Source: Octopus sinensis
Lineage: Eukaryota
Length of the DNA: 63,146 nucleotides
Direction: 5' to 3'
Assembly (NCBI RefSeq): GCF_006345805.1
Contig: NW_021831867.1
Location: 1-63,146, forward strand
Below are positions 63,013 to 63,146 of the stretch, in pieces; the stretch's first letter is position 1, and each line of letters starts with the position of its first letter. The notes beneath the pieces are model-generated. The model made no database searches, was not told the DNA's origin, and saw only the letters and a program-made list of their open reading frames with translations. Made by a program: the position numbers and the translations under genes.

Positions 63013-63146
63013 CTAACACATTCACATATTCCCCACTAGTAGTCCTACTGCATATTCTATTATACTTTCAGAGCGCTTATCTTCTTTCCATCGTTTGAAC
63101 TATTAGTTGATTAACCCCGACTTCACTAACTTAAGTTGGTATCGAC

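Noticed and set aside
1-63146. Microsporidian or prokaryotic origin of the whole window
   Set aside because: Spectraplakin, CFAP20, ZFAND4 and dense spliceosomal introns indicate a metazoan; no operon-type, rRNA or CRISPR features were seen.

Overview
Eukaryotic nuclear DNA from a compact, AT-rich metazoan with 20-28-nt spliceosomal introns. The spectraplakin, CFAP20 and ZFAND4 genes point to an animal; a dicyemid- or myxozoan-like parasite is my inference only. The window has two compartments. (1) Positions 1-51 kb are a transposon-rich block dominated by a tandem duplication (about 1057-25750 vs 29549-50606). Each copy carries a CEPT/EPT1-family gene, tRNA-Leu(UAA), an internally deleted Ingi/Vingi-like LINE, a two-RRM gene, CFAP20, a Tpt1-like remnant, an intronless tRNA-Tyr(GUA), CRE-clade LINE ends, a 14-3-3-like remnant split by a pogo-bounded composite, and an R4/Dong-like LINE. 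The copies differ by five insertions: two RTE and two hAT in copy 1, and one Tc1-like in copy 2. (2) Positions 51.2-63.1 kb are gene-dense: HSBP1, a shortened spectraplakin, eIF3j, GINS3/Psf3, a Ras-like GTPase and ZFAND4. The main findings are a full HDV-like ribozyme fold followed by an AUG-less leader and a 2A StopGo motif at the 5' end of the Vingi-like element, a candidate spliced-leader-like small RNA directly behind a CRE 3' end, G/C-skew blocks that flip within genes, and a twin-priming-type inverted RTE. All calls come from manual reading and translation, with no database searches or computation. Many single-base indels fall in homopolymers and differ between the two copies, so some frameshifts are probably sequencing errors. 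Ends described as approximate are good to about 50 bp.
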